Of a stretch of 64,000 nucleotides of DNA, positions 48,025 to 64,000 are shown one piece after another. Position numbers and translations under genes: made by a program. The notes beneath the pieces were generated by a model, which was given only the letters and a program-made list of their open reading frames with translations, was not told where the DNA came from and searched no databases. This stretch comes from Phaeosaccion multiseriatum (Eukaryota > Protista > Ochrophyta, other classes): positions 1,364,001 through 1,428,000 of the forward strand of contig OZ218951.1 of assembly GCA_965112735.1 (NCBI GenBank), written 5' to 3'. The stretch's first letter is position 1. Every line of letters begins with the position of its first letter.

Positions 48025-48989
48025 AGCAGGCGCGCTGCCGTCGTCCCTCGCACGATGGGGATTGCATTTTAAGTGAGTGAGTAAAGGGAGGGAGGGAGGG
48101 AGGGAGGGAGGGAGGGAGGGAGGGAGGGAGGGAGGGAGGGAGGGAGGGAGGGAGGGAGGGAGGGAGTGAGTGGTGGTCTGAGTGGGTAATTGAAGAGTAG
48201 GTTCGACTGAGAGAGTGAGAGGGAGGGAACGAGTGAGCGAGTGGGTGAGCGAGCGAGTGGGTGAGCGAGCGAGAGTGCGAGTGAGTGAGAGTGCGTGAGT
48301 GAGTGAGTGAGTGAGTGAGTGAGTGAGAGGGAGGGAGTTAGCGGGTGAGTGAGCAAGTGGGCGGCTGAGTGAGTGAGTTGAGTGCGTGATGATGAAGTTA
48401 AGGGGGGCGGGGGAGATGGAAGGCCCTGAGGATGGCGAAAGAGCGGAGCGCAGATGGGGTTGCTGGAAGGGCAGAGTTAGCTAGTGAGAGGACGTCGGCG
48501 AACAGGGGGCAGCAGCGGCCGAAGCAGCTGCTGCTACAACACTGGAGGAAGTGGGCGTCGAAAAAGGAAGGAGCAAGGACGGAAGCCTGGAAGGAAGGAT
48601 GGAAGGAAGCAATAAACAAGAAGGGAAGAGGACAGTGTATGCCAGTCTGACCTTAGTCCCCGAGGGGGATAGTCATAGTTGTTCTACGCGGCTACCTTAA
48701 AATTCAGGTAGTCAGCTGTCTGCTCAGCGAGAATAAGAATACATAAGGGTCGGGGAAGATAGGCTGTCGCAGAGGGAGCCTGCATGTCCAACCTGACTGC
48801 ACCCGCGGTGTCCACAGCTGCTGGCTGAAGAGGGCCGGTAGCTCAGTGTATAGAGCGGAAGTCGTCATCTCCCGAGCCCGGCCGTGTGAGACAAGCAAGC
48901 AGCGTATTCTCGTGAGGGGAGTGGTAGCACGAGCGAGGGGGGTGGGCAAGGCTGGGCAACCCCGCGGCCTAGGGCAGACGCCAACTAGG
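48025..48989 (+). repeat. Direct-repeat copy 2 (3' flank of the kinase gene)
   Basis: Homologous to 37703-38565. Confidence 0.95.
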
Positions 48990-49474
48990 CGGACGGTGGG
49001 AGTGCCCAGAGTGCAAAGAGTATTCAGTTTTAAGCAGTGTATTGCAGGGGATTGGAAGTGAGGAGTAGACTTGGTATAGGTGTGCTGCTACCCACTGGCT
49101 GGGCGGCACCACGCACGCGCCCACGGTTACTGGGAGGCTGCCTAGAGGCGGGCTAGAGGCCGCCTAGGACTGAAAAAGTGAGCGGCCTAGAGCGGCCGGA
49201 GGCCGAGCGGCCTAGCGGCCTAGAGCAAAACCGCTAGGCGTGCATGGGGCTGGGGCTGAGCACAGCTCGCAGAGGGGCGGAGCACAGCATTGAACGCAGT
49301 CCGTTCGCTCCCCGCTCGCAGCTTTCATTTCAGTTTGGCTCTTTTCTAGGCACTAGGCACAGCTTCGACGTCAAGGCTTGGCATTGCTTGTTCAGTTTTT
49401 TTGCTCAGCCCCTCCTAACCACAACCCCCCAGCCATCTTCATTATCTTATCTTCCCTCTTCTTCCTCCTCCTCG

Positions 49475-54047
<4,573 letters not shown>

Positions 54048-54254
54048 GTTCAATCAGGGACAGCGATCGAAGAGCTTTCTTCTGCGCTTGCGCGCCTGCG
54101 CGACCGGCCGCCCCAGGCTGCCTGACAATTTTCTGTAACAGATACCCGAGGGGGTTGGAGAACCAACTCTCTCGTTTTACACACAATCGCTGACGACGGA
54201 GGGATACCAGGGAGGACGAGGCGAGGGGAGCGGGAGAGAGACGACGCGTGCGGG

Positions 54255-57200
54255 ATGTCGCACACCCAGGTATGCCATGGATTTCCACGTAAATGTCTCC
54301 CTGAATCCCTACCAGTGACGGAGCTTAGGGGGGGAAATCCCGAACCTTCTCCGCCTGCCCTCTCCCCATCTCTCATCATGTGCTTTCCATTGGTGGCTTG
54401 GCCCCTTCCGTCAACGCAACAGTCTCCGTCAATCTCCTTGAAATGCCTGTCCTGGCAACCTTTGGCCGTCTCTCGCCTGCTCACCCTTTGTCCCTGTCGC
54501 CCTCACCCACTGCCCCTGGTTACCCCCCCCCTCGTTACCCTCCCCCGGTCAGGTCTTCGTTCCCGATGCAGATGCTGGTTGGGTTAGAGGGGTTGTGGTC
54601 GACCAGCCTTCCCCCTCCAAGTTCACCGTGCGCCTGGAAGGGAGAGAGAACCACGACGACCTCAAGCCTTCGTCGGACGGGGCAGGGGAGGTGGTGGAGG
54701 TCGACATTGCGAAGCATGAGGTGCTCCGAAGCATGGCAGTGGAGGACGGAGAGGAGGCAGCTTTGCCACAACAGGTACGCCGAGTTTATTCAGTTCGGGT
54801 GTCAGCAGTTCCGTCTTCCATGCATGGCCTGGGACGGGCCGTCCGCGGCGAGACGGGAGAGGGTTGGTCTATTATCAGACTCGAAAAGATTGCATGGGGG
54901 CGGAAAGGGGGAAGGGTTGTAAGTGTCAAGGACGCTAAGGATGATATACGGCTACCACTATCCCTGTGTCGGAATCAGACTATAGTCCCCTTGACGGCTC
55001 TATTTCTCCTTCTCCCCGACACCTGCTCCTGTTCCCCCTCTCCTCCTCCCTCCTCCTCCTCCTCCATCTCCTCAAACTCCTCAAACTCCACCTCCAACTC
55101 CAATTCCAACTCCCCATCCACTGCCACCCCCCCTCCCCCCCCTTCTCCTCCTCCACCACCACCACCACCACCACCACCACCACCCTCCTCCAACACCACC
55201 AACACCAACACACTCCCAACACCCCCAGAACACCGGGCTGGCCGAAGAAGGTGTACCGGACATGACCTCCTTCGACCACCTTCACGAGGCTTCCATCCTC
55301 TTTAACCTGCGGCGACGCTTCTTCCGAGCCCTTCCATACACATACACTGGAGACATTGTCATTGCCGTCAATCCGTACCGGTGGCTCAAGGACCTTTACG
55401 CACCACAACTGGGCGACAAGTACGCAGCCTTGGCTGATAGGACGAGGAGGACTGAGCTGCCTCCTCACGTGTACAGCGTGAGCACCTACGCTTATCGCGG
55501 TCTCATGGGTGATGAGGGTGGTGCTGGGGTGACGGGAAATCAAAGTATTTTGGTGTCTGGGGAGAGTGGAGCGGGCAAGACAGAGACGGTCAAGATTTTG
55601 ATGGGGCACCTCGCCACGGTGGCGAGTAGCAACAGCAGCAGTGGCAGCAGCAGTGGTGGTGGAGAGGAAGAAGGAGGAGGGGGCGATGGGGGCACGATCC
55701 GGAGAATCATAGAGAGCAACCCCCTGTTGGAGAGCTTCGGCAATGCGAAAACCGTTCGCAATGACAACTCTTCACGCTTTGGGAAGTTCACTCGGCTCCA
55801 CTTCGGTCACAACGGAGCAATGCTGGGCAGTCTGTGCACGCATTACCTGCTGGAGAAGAGCCGGGTCGTGGCGCACACCGCGGGAGAGAGGTAAGTCGGG
55901 CTGGGGCGGAGGTGGAGGGGAGGTGGAGGGGAGGGGGAGGGGAGGGGAGGGGAAGTGGAGGGGAGGGGAAGTGGAGGGGACGGGGAGGGGAGGGGAGGGG
56001 GAGGTCGGGTGGGTGGGGAGGGGCCGTTGGCAGGAGCGGGCGGGGCTCTCCCCTTCTCTGGATGTGTCTGATGTATGTATGCATCCATTTTGTCTGTCTG
56101 GTGTGTGTTATAGCCTTTACCCGTAGCTCTTGTTTGTCTCTAAGGGGATGGCAGTGGATAGGCAACTTTCTGCAGGAGAGGGGGTGGCCGTTGAACGGGC
56201 GCCTCTCCCTCGGAGGCGATAACTCTCCTCACCCCACTCTCCTCCCTCTCTTTACTCACGTGACACATGTGTGTGTGTGTGTCTATGTATTCACTCCCCG
56301 CAGGAACTATCACATTTTCTATCAGCTTCTGGCGGCGGAAGATACAGAGAAGAGCAAATACGGCCTTGAGGGGATGGAGGCCTCGCAGTTCAGATACCTT
56401 ACGGCAGACGGATTGGAGGTGAGAGAGTGCGTGCGTGAGCGCGTGAGTACGTGAATGCGTGCGTGCGTGAGTGCGTGCGTGTGCGTGCGTGTGTCTGTGG
56501 CGGTGGCAGTAGACCCAGTCTGTGGCAGTCATTACCGTCCAACTGACCAACGGGATGGGGGCATCTCATTGCGATCTCTTTTTCTTCCCATCCCACTCCC
56601 CTCAAGCCTCCTACCTCCTCTCTTCTTCCTCTCGCTCCTCCCTCTGGCGCGCCTTTTGCCCGTACCGAAGGACAAGCACTCTCTAGCCGCCCCTTCGATC
56701 AACAATGCCTCCTTCCCATGCACACTGCCATCCGCTTCCCTCCCCATCCATTGCCATCCCTCCTCCCCGACCCATTTGTGTGCCCCACACTACACACACA
56801 CAAACGCACTTTGCACACGCACACTCATACGCTCCCTGCTACCCTGCTCCTACTACTACACACACATACACACGCAACAACAACGAAGGCGTCGGCTGTG
56901 ATTGAGGGCAAGACCGACGCACAGCATTTGCAGACCACCCTTGCCGCCCTTCGCACCATCGGGCTGTCCGAACAAGAGATGCTGCTGTTGTGCAGGGGTC
57001 TCGCTGCAGTGGTGCATCTTGGAGCGCTCTCCTTCCAGCAAGGCAGTGGAGGGGGGGGTGGGGACGGCGGTGGAGGGGGGGGTGGTGACGAGGAGGCATC
57101 GGAAGTGGGCAACAGGGCGCAGCTCTCGTCTCCGTGTGATTTATTGGGCCTGTCAGCAGCAGCAGCAGGGGAGGGAGGAGGAGAAGCGGCGCTAGAGAAG

Positions 57201-60200
57201 GCAATTTGCAGCAGGACCATTCGGGCGAGGGGGGAGGCCTTTGTCAAGCCCAACACGGTTCAGCAGGCCACCAATGTGTGCGACGCAATGGCCAAGGCTC
57301 TCTACTCGAGCCTCTTCGATTGGTTGGTCAAGAGGGTCAATGCCAGCACAGGGAAGGGCCTTGGAGGAGACGGGGGCAACAGCGGTAGCAGCGGCAGTAG
57401 TGGTAATGCGGGCAGCGGCAAGAAGGGCAGGGGCGAGATTTCCCTGTTGGATATCTTTGGTTTCGAGTCCTTCGCCGTGAACCGCTTTGAGCAGCTGTGC
57501 ATCAACTATGCTAACGAAAAGCTGCAGCAGAAGTTCACATTAGATACGTTCAAGACGGTCCAACAGGAGTACGAGGAGGAGGGCATCCCTTGGAGTCACA
57601 TCGACTTTGCGGACAATGCAGACGTAAGTCAGTGAGGGAGTGAGGAGGCAGTGGATGGAGAGGGAGGGAGGGAGGGAGTGAGGGAGTGGAGGAAGAGAGC
57701 GAAGGGGGGGGGCGAGTTGAGGGAGAGAGGGAGGGAGGGAGGGAGGGAGGGAGGGAGGGAGGGAGGGAGGGGGAGAGGGGCGGGATGGAGGGAGGGGGGA
57801 AGGGGTGGAAGGAGGAGGAAGAGTATCATGCTGACGTCATTACTTTCACTTCCCAGGAGACATGCTCCGTGTCAGTCAGCGCATGTGGGGAGAGAATGTG
57901 GCACGCATCTCGTCTTGTGCCTCGCCCCTCCTTCTCCTTCTTCTTGTCCGGCTTCTTCACATATGCCGGTTCGCCTCCCCCTCATCCTCTCCTCTCTTGT
58001 CGTGCTTTGGTGGGCTCCTAACCCGGCTCCCAACCCCCTCCTTGGCCCCCCCGCCCTCGCTCGCCCCAAACTCTTGCTCACATCACACCACACCACACCA
58101 CACCACACCACACCATACCACACCACACCATACCACACCACACCACACCACGCAATCCCCCACTGCATGACAGGTGCTGGCGCTCATTGAGAGTCGTATG
58201 GGGGTGCTGGCCCTGCTCAATGAAGAGTCGCTCCTACTGCAGAGAGGCAGTGACGAGAACTTTACCAACAAGCTGGCCACGCTTCACAAGTGAGTGAGCA
58301 GGGTTCGTGATCAGGTTTCCGGGTCTGGATATACGTGTGTTATGCGATGGATACATTCATCCACCCGTATGCACCAAGCCCCCCCCCCCCCTCCTCCTTC
58401 TCCTTCCTTCCCTGCAGCACTCCAACTCACACTAGTTGTCCTAGGGCCCATCCTCACCCCCGCTCCTCCCTCCCTCCCGTCTCCCGTCTCCCTTCTCTCT
58501 CCCTTCGCTCGTCTCGCCAAACAAAAAGGGATCACTCCGCTTTCGGTCGCTCCAAGATGAACGCCACCTCCGAGTTCTCCATTCGGCACTACGCGCAGGT
58601 CAGTTTCAGCTTCATTGTCCGTTTCAGCTTCAAGCTTCAAGTGTATAAGTGTATAGATCAGTTTATCGTATCTACTACCAGTGTAGACACAAGAAGCGTC
58701 GGTGGTCATTACAAAGAAAGTTGGCATGGTTCCATTTATGTCATCATTGACATACTGCACACTGCAAACAAAGTGAATCCAAGACCCCTATGCTCTGATG
58801 TGATTGTGTTTGTTGAACCCTCAGGCCGTCGTGTACAGCACCGCAGGCTTCCTTGAGAAGAACAGAGACCAGATTGGGTGAGTGAGATGAGTAAGACTGG
58901 GCACGACACGCCCGATATCTCTCTCTCCCACACACGCTCTTCTCGCTGTCTTTCTCTCTCTCTTCTCCCTCTCGCTCTGCCTCCCTCTCTTCTCTCTCTC
59001 GCTCTGCCTCCCTCTCTTCTCTCTCACCCTCTCTTTCTCTCTCTCCTCTCTCCCGCTCTTCTCTCCCTCCTCCTCCTCTTCCTCCTCCTCCTCCTCCTCC
59101 TCCTCCTCCTCCTCCTCCTCTACCACCACCACCACAGCGAGGATGTGACCGACTTGCTGGGCGGGTGCGGCAACCCCGTCGTGAGGGAAGCGATGAACGG
59201 AGAGGCCAGTGGTGGAGACGGTAGCGCCAGCAGCAGTGGAGTGCATCACCACTCCCACTCGCACTCCCACAAGCGAAAGACGTCCTCTATGGCGCAGAAC
59301 ACGCTTGCCGCCAAGTTCAAGGGCAGCCTCACAATCCTCATGGACAATATCGGGAGGACGCAGGTTTGTTTGTGTTTTCGTTGTTGACATACTCTTCGGT
59401 TGGGCGGTCGGTGCTTTGTTGGCATACTCGTAGGGGGTGGTTTTTTGTTGGCGTATGCGGTGGTTACGTGTTGTGAATTGTGTGTGGTGTAGTGGGGCCG
59501 GCTGGGCTGGATCGGCTTTGGTGTGCTCCTTCTTCCCCATGCAGCGTGCGATGTTATACACACATGTATGTAATCGATATGTCATTAATGGATGGGTGCA
59601 TCGATATTAATTCGAGGTCCGATGTCCATGCCCTCCCCGCCTCCCGTATGTCATGAACAGGTGCAGTACGTGCGCTGCATCAAGCCCAACACGCTCAAGA
59701 GCAGCGCGAGCCTCGCCAACAACAAAGTGTTGGAGCAGCTCAGATGCGCTGGAGTCATTGAGGTCCGTACGCAGCTCAGCAGCGCGCACGCACACACACA
59801 CACACACACACACACCTCTGCTCTCTCTTTCCTTTCTCTCCCTCTCTATACTCTTCTCTCTCTCTTTTCTCTTTTGGTCTCACCACACCCCACACATGTA
59901 TAACGTCTGCTGCCATCTCCTCCCACCCCCTGCCCCCCATCCTTTCCCATCAGGCCATCCGGGTGTCCCGAGCGGCATACCCCAACCGCCTCTCGCACAG
60001 AGAATTCCTGCAGCGCTTCTCCCTCCTACGCCAGGGCAAGGGCAAGCCTCAACAGCCGACAGGTATGTAACGTATGAAACGCATGTAACGCATGTAACGC
60101 ATGTAACGCATGTAGCGCATGTGTAGCCCTCTCCGCTAAAGCAAGCCCCTACCGTGACAATGAACGACTTGTGTCCTCTTCTCTCCTCTCCGCAGCACCC

Positions 60201-63157
60201 CCTCCCCCCCCGAGCACCACCAGTGACAGCAGCGACGACGAAGGCTTAGCGACGCAGGGCAGCAGGAGGGAGTGCAGAGCTCTCATGGCGGCCATCGCGG
60301 GCCCACCGGGGGACGAGACCGGCTACCAGCTGGGCAGGACAAGGGTTTACTTTCGCTCGGGACGGTGAGTTTCAGTTTCAGGTGTTTCAGTTGTTTGCAG
60401 TCGGTTGATTGGTTGGTGGGTTGGTGGTTGCTGACGTCTCTTCTCTCGCATACTCAAGTACACGAAAACACGTACACAAATGCACACAAACTTACTCGGC
60501 CTCCTCCCTTCCCTCGTTCCCTCCCTCCCACTCCCCCTTCCCATCCCTCTCTCCTGTCTGGGTCTCTCTCTCTCTACCATCTCTCTTTCCTCCCTGTCTG
60601 TCTCCTCTCTCTCCCTCTTCTCTCCCTCGCTCTGACAGGCTGGAAGGCCTGGAAAGGCGCCGCTTGGAAGTCCAGAATAGCACGGCCACCAAGCTGCAAG
60701 CCTTCACTCGGGCCGCCCTGCTGCGCTCGCGCTACCTCAGGCTGCTCAGGCGCAGTGTCGAGGTGCAGGCCTGGTGGAGGAGCCGGCAGGTACGTGTGTG
60801 TGCGTGTGTGTATATGTGTGCGTGTGTGTGTGCGTGTGTGTATGGGTGTGTGTGTGTGTGCGTGTTTGCGTGTGTGCGTGCGTGTGTGTATGCGTGTGTT
60901 GCGCAGCGTCGAGGTGCAGGCTTGGTGGAGGAGTCGGTAGGTTCGTGTGTGTGTGTGCGTGTGTGTGAATGTGTGTGCATGTAACTCGAGTGAGCAAGTG
61001 AAAGAGTCGAGTTGAGGAGCATGCCATTTGGCCCCTCTGCGTGACAGCATTGACCCCTCTGCTTGACAACATTTGACCCCTCTGCTTGACTCATTGATCC
61101 CTCTGCCTGAAACTGCTTGACAATCCTCACAGGGCAAGCGGCGGTACCTCCGGACGCTGCGGGGTGTGGTGCTGGTGCAGTGCCTGGCGAGGCGGAGGAG
61201 TGCCACCCGCAGGTGGGTGAAGGATAAGAGGCATACTTACGGGTGGGATGGCAGCAGATGGAAGCATGTTGGGATGCATCGGATGGCAGCGAAGGCCTTG
61301 CAATGGGGTACAAGACTCCACCCCACAACCATTCCAATCCCCGGTGTCTCGCGCCATCTGCCTAAACCCTCCATCCACTGCCATCCTCCTCCTCCTCCTC
61401 CTCTTGCTCTCAAACACCCATGCATCAGGGTGACGAAACTTCGGCGTCATCGAGCATCAGCTGCCATCCAAGCGGGCTGGCGCATGCGGCAACAACGAGC
61501 GATCTTCACTCGGGAGAAGCAGGCGGTGAGTTTTACTCCAGGGGGGGTACAGTATAAACTGGAATTGTGAACTGAAGCTGTCCTGGGCACTGGAATTGTG
61601 AACTGAAGCGACGCATTCAACACCAAGCTCGCCCAAACGGACGCTCTCAAGGAAAATTGTAGAGCGTGTGTTACTTACGGGAGCTGGTAGGGGACTTTTA
61701 ATGCCTTACGGAATGGTTTGGGCCAGAGAGGGCACTTTTGCTCCTCCTCCTCCTCCTCCTCCTCCTCCTCCTCCTCCTCCTCACCGACATTGCGTACATC
61801 TCGTGTGTTTGTTTGTTTGTTTGTTTGTTTGTTTGTGTATGTGTGTGTTTGTGTATGTGTGTTTGTGACAGGCCCTGCGGTTACAGTCACGAATTCGTAT
61901 GGCCCAGGCGATGGCTAACTACAAAGTGTTGGCGACGGAGGCACGAGAGGCCGCCAAGCTGGAGAACCAAATCGCGGCCTTGCAAAGGAGGCTGCAGGAG
62001 GAGCACGAGGCACGCTTGCAGACAGAGCAGGTCAGTGGCAACACGCAGAGGCGTATGGGCATGCGTATGGGCAGGCAGGGAAGGCAAGGCCTCACTCCTC
62101 CCCCTCCTCCTTCCCGTCCTCCTCCTCCTCCTCCTCCTTGTCCTCCTCGTCGTATTTGTTTCTCCTTCCGTCTCTTCTATTGATGTTGGTTGTTTGTGTT
62201 GCACCCCCCCCCACCACCACCACCACCCACTCCCCCCTTACAACAGGCCCACAAGCAACTCGCAGCGAGGCTGGAGCAACAGACAGACGAGGCGCACGCA
62301 GCCAAGCAGGCTGCCGAGGCGGCAATAGGAGCAGCAGGAGCAGCAGCAGCAGCAGCTGGACAAGCACGAGAGACAGGAGAAGGAGGAGAAGGAGAAGGAG
62401 AAGACGGCCTTGCTCTCTCGGCCCAGCACCCTCGTCTAACAGACCTCACGGCGGAGGAGAGTAGCCCCTCAGCGGGTGGCATAACGTCGCTGAACTTCTC
62501 TCCGAGGACGGCGGCGGCTGCCAAGCAACTCTTCTCGCAAGAGTCCAACCGAGCGGACCTTATGGGGGAGAGCACGCAGGTATATGGGCATGGACGCGGG
62601 ATGGTACTGGACGGGCGTGGTACGGACTGACTTTGTGTGTTCTTATTCTTGCTTTGCGTTCGTGGCCTGTGTTTGGGGATTACTTACATCATTCACTCAC
62701 TCACCCACTCACTCAATCACCCACTCACTCACTCACCCACTCACTCACCCACTCTCACTCACCCACTCATCCACTCACTCCCACAGGTCATTACGCAATT
62801 GCAAGCCGAGGTTGCCCGCCTTCGGAAAGAGAACAGTAAGTTGAAGGTTGAACTTGAGTTTGAGTTGAAATGTCAAAATGTTGACCACCCCACCTACGGC
62901 CGGGAGGGACGGAGCGTCGTGTAGACAAATTTATGCTGTTTCAGTTTCTTGTGTATGCGGGCACGTCGTGTGTGTGTTTGTGTATTTGAGTGTATGTATA
63001 GGTGTGCGTTTGTGTATGTGCGTGTATGTATAGATGTATGCGTTTGTGTGTGTGCGTGTGTGTGTGGCGTGCGCCTACTTGATTTTCATTTCCCACCCCG
63101 ATGCTGCACGAAGAATCTGTCTCTATCACTCACACCTGCACGCACACACACACACAC

Positions 63158-63194
<37 letters not shown>

Positions 63195-64000
63195 AACACA
63201 CCCGCACGCACGCACACAACGAAAAGGTCGAGTAAAGGAAGAGAACGAGGATCTGAAGCGCGAGAAGGCCAAGGCCGCTACCTCGCAGGAGGCTTCAAGC
63301 ATGAGCTATCACGCGCTCTCCGTGCAGATCAAAAAGCTCAGCGGGTAAGGAAGGGGTGGTGTCAGCCATTGTTTGGTCTTTTGGCACTCATTGACAGCTC
63401 ATGGACATGGTCAGACAGGAAGTTTAGCTCACATGTCCTTCCTTCTCGACTCTCGCGACCCCTTGTGATTCACTGACGCATCCCCCCCCCCCTCCCTCCC
63501 TCTGTCCTCCCCTCCATCCCCTTGTGATTCACTGACATATCCCCCTCCCTCCCTCTGTCCTCCCTCCATCCCCTTGTGATTCACTGACATATCCCCCCCC
63601 CCCTCAGGGCCAACAAAAAGTTCATCGAAGAGGTGAGCCGTGTGTCAGACATGCGTGATGCCGTGGAGGTCCGCAACCTCCAGCTGGAGGAGCAGCTCTT
63701 CAACAAGAAGGAGGAGGTGGAGGCGCACAGGCTCTTCTACGAGAGTGAGGTCACCAAGGGCAAAAAGTACTTGAAGGTGTGTGTAATGGGGGTGGCGTCG
63801 GTACCTGGTGTCAACAGGGTGGGTGGGTAGGTGGGTGGGTGGATGGATGTGGTTGGAGTACGATGATAGTAGAGCAGTAGGTAGTGGTACTGGGAGTAGA
63901 GCATAGTAACAGTAGTTGTTGCAGTAGTAGGAGTCTTTTCCGACTATACATTTCTCTAACCTCCACGCCCCTTTCCGCCCCACCCTTTGCTTACGTGACG
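54255..64000 (+). CDS. Myosin heavy chain (SH3-like N-terminus, motor, IQ motifs, coiled coil); continues past the right edge
   Basis: MSHTQ|VFVPDADAGW, HLHEASILFNL, YTYTGDIVIAVNPY, SGESGAGKTE, RNDNSSRFGKF, LLDIFGFESF, YVRCIKPN, QLRCAGV, IQAGWR. Confidence 0.95.
63458..63606. repeat. Three ~52-58-bp tandem copies (ccccttgtgattcactgac...ccctccctctgtcct) in a myosin intron
   Basis: Seen directly in the sequence. Confidence 0.85.

Larger units (their letters stand above)
43164..49246. mobile_element. Putative non-autonomous DNA-transposon-like unit bounded by imperfect ~100-bp CTAGGCC-rich inverted termini, carrying the DnaJ-kinase-RING gene
   Basis: 43164-43270 aligns with the reverse complement of 49137-49246 (gctctaggcc.ctaggccg..cggcct.cg.ccgctctaggccg..ca.tttttc). 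No TSD and no transposase seen. Confidence 0.5.

Noticed and set aside
46899-48053. 384-aa antisense ORF
   Set aside because: Shadow of the GC-rich kinase CDS.

Overview
Eukaryotic, intron-rich genomic DNA with microsatellite-filled introns. The organism is probably a flagellate-stage stramenopile/ochrophyte (inferred from the myosin type and the ODA-docking and DZIP genes). Spliced genes, left to right: FAAL-ACP protein (runs off the left edge), a coiled-coil protein ending NYAL..PDVF, HBS1L, TSEN54, WDR5, ODA-DC2/CCDC114-like, a class-3 lipase, a C2+Dzip-like protein, an ARM-like unknown and a myosin (runs off the right edge). Between about 37.4 and 49.25 kb lies a structurally distinct, rearranged island. 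It carries an apparently intact UIM-repeat/KH/NYN-RNase/poly-Gly-RGG/CCCH gene, a small double zinc-finger ORF and a DnaJ-C/coiled-coil/IRAK-Pelle-like kinase/RING gene. Around these are long direct repeats, CTAGGCC-rich inverted termini, a perfect 34-bp inverted motif, a 1.15-kb (GGGA)n tract and a 380-bp foldback MITE. This island is the best candidate for an undescribed system: a mobile, immune-like module pairing a ubiquitin-sensing RNase with a kinase-E3 ligase. All domain calls were made by eye from motifs, and exon boundaries are inferred from GT/AG sites and frame continuity; no searches were run.
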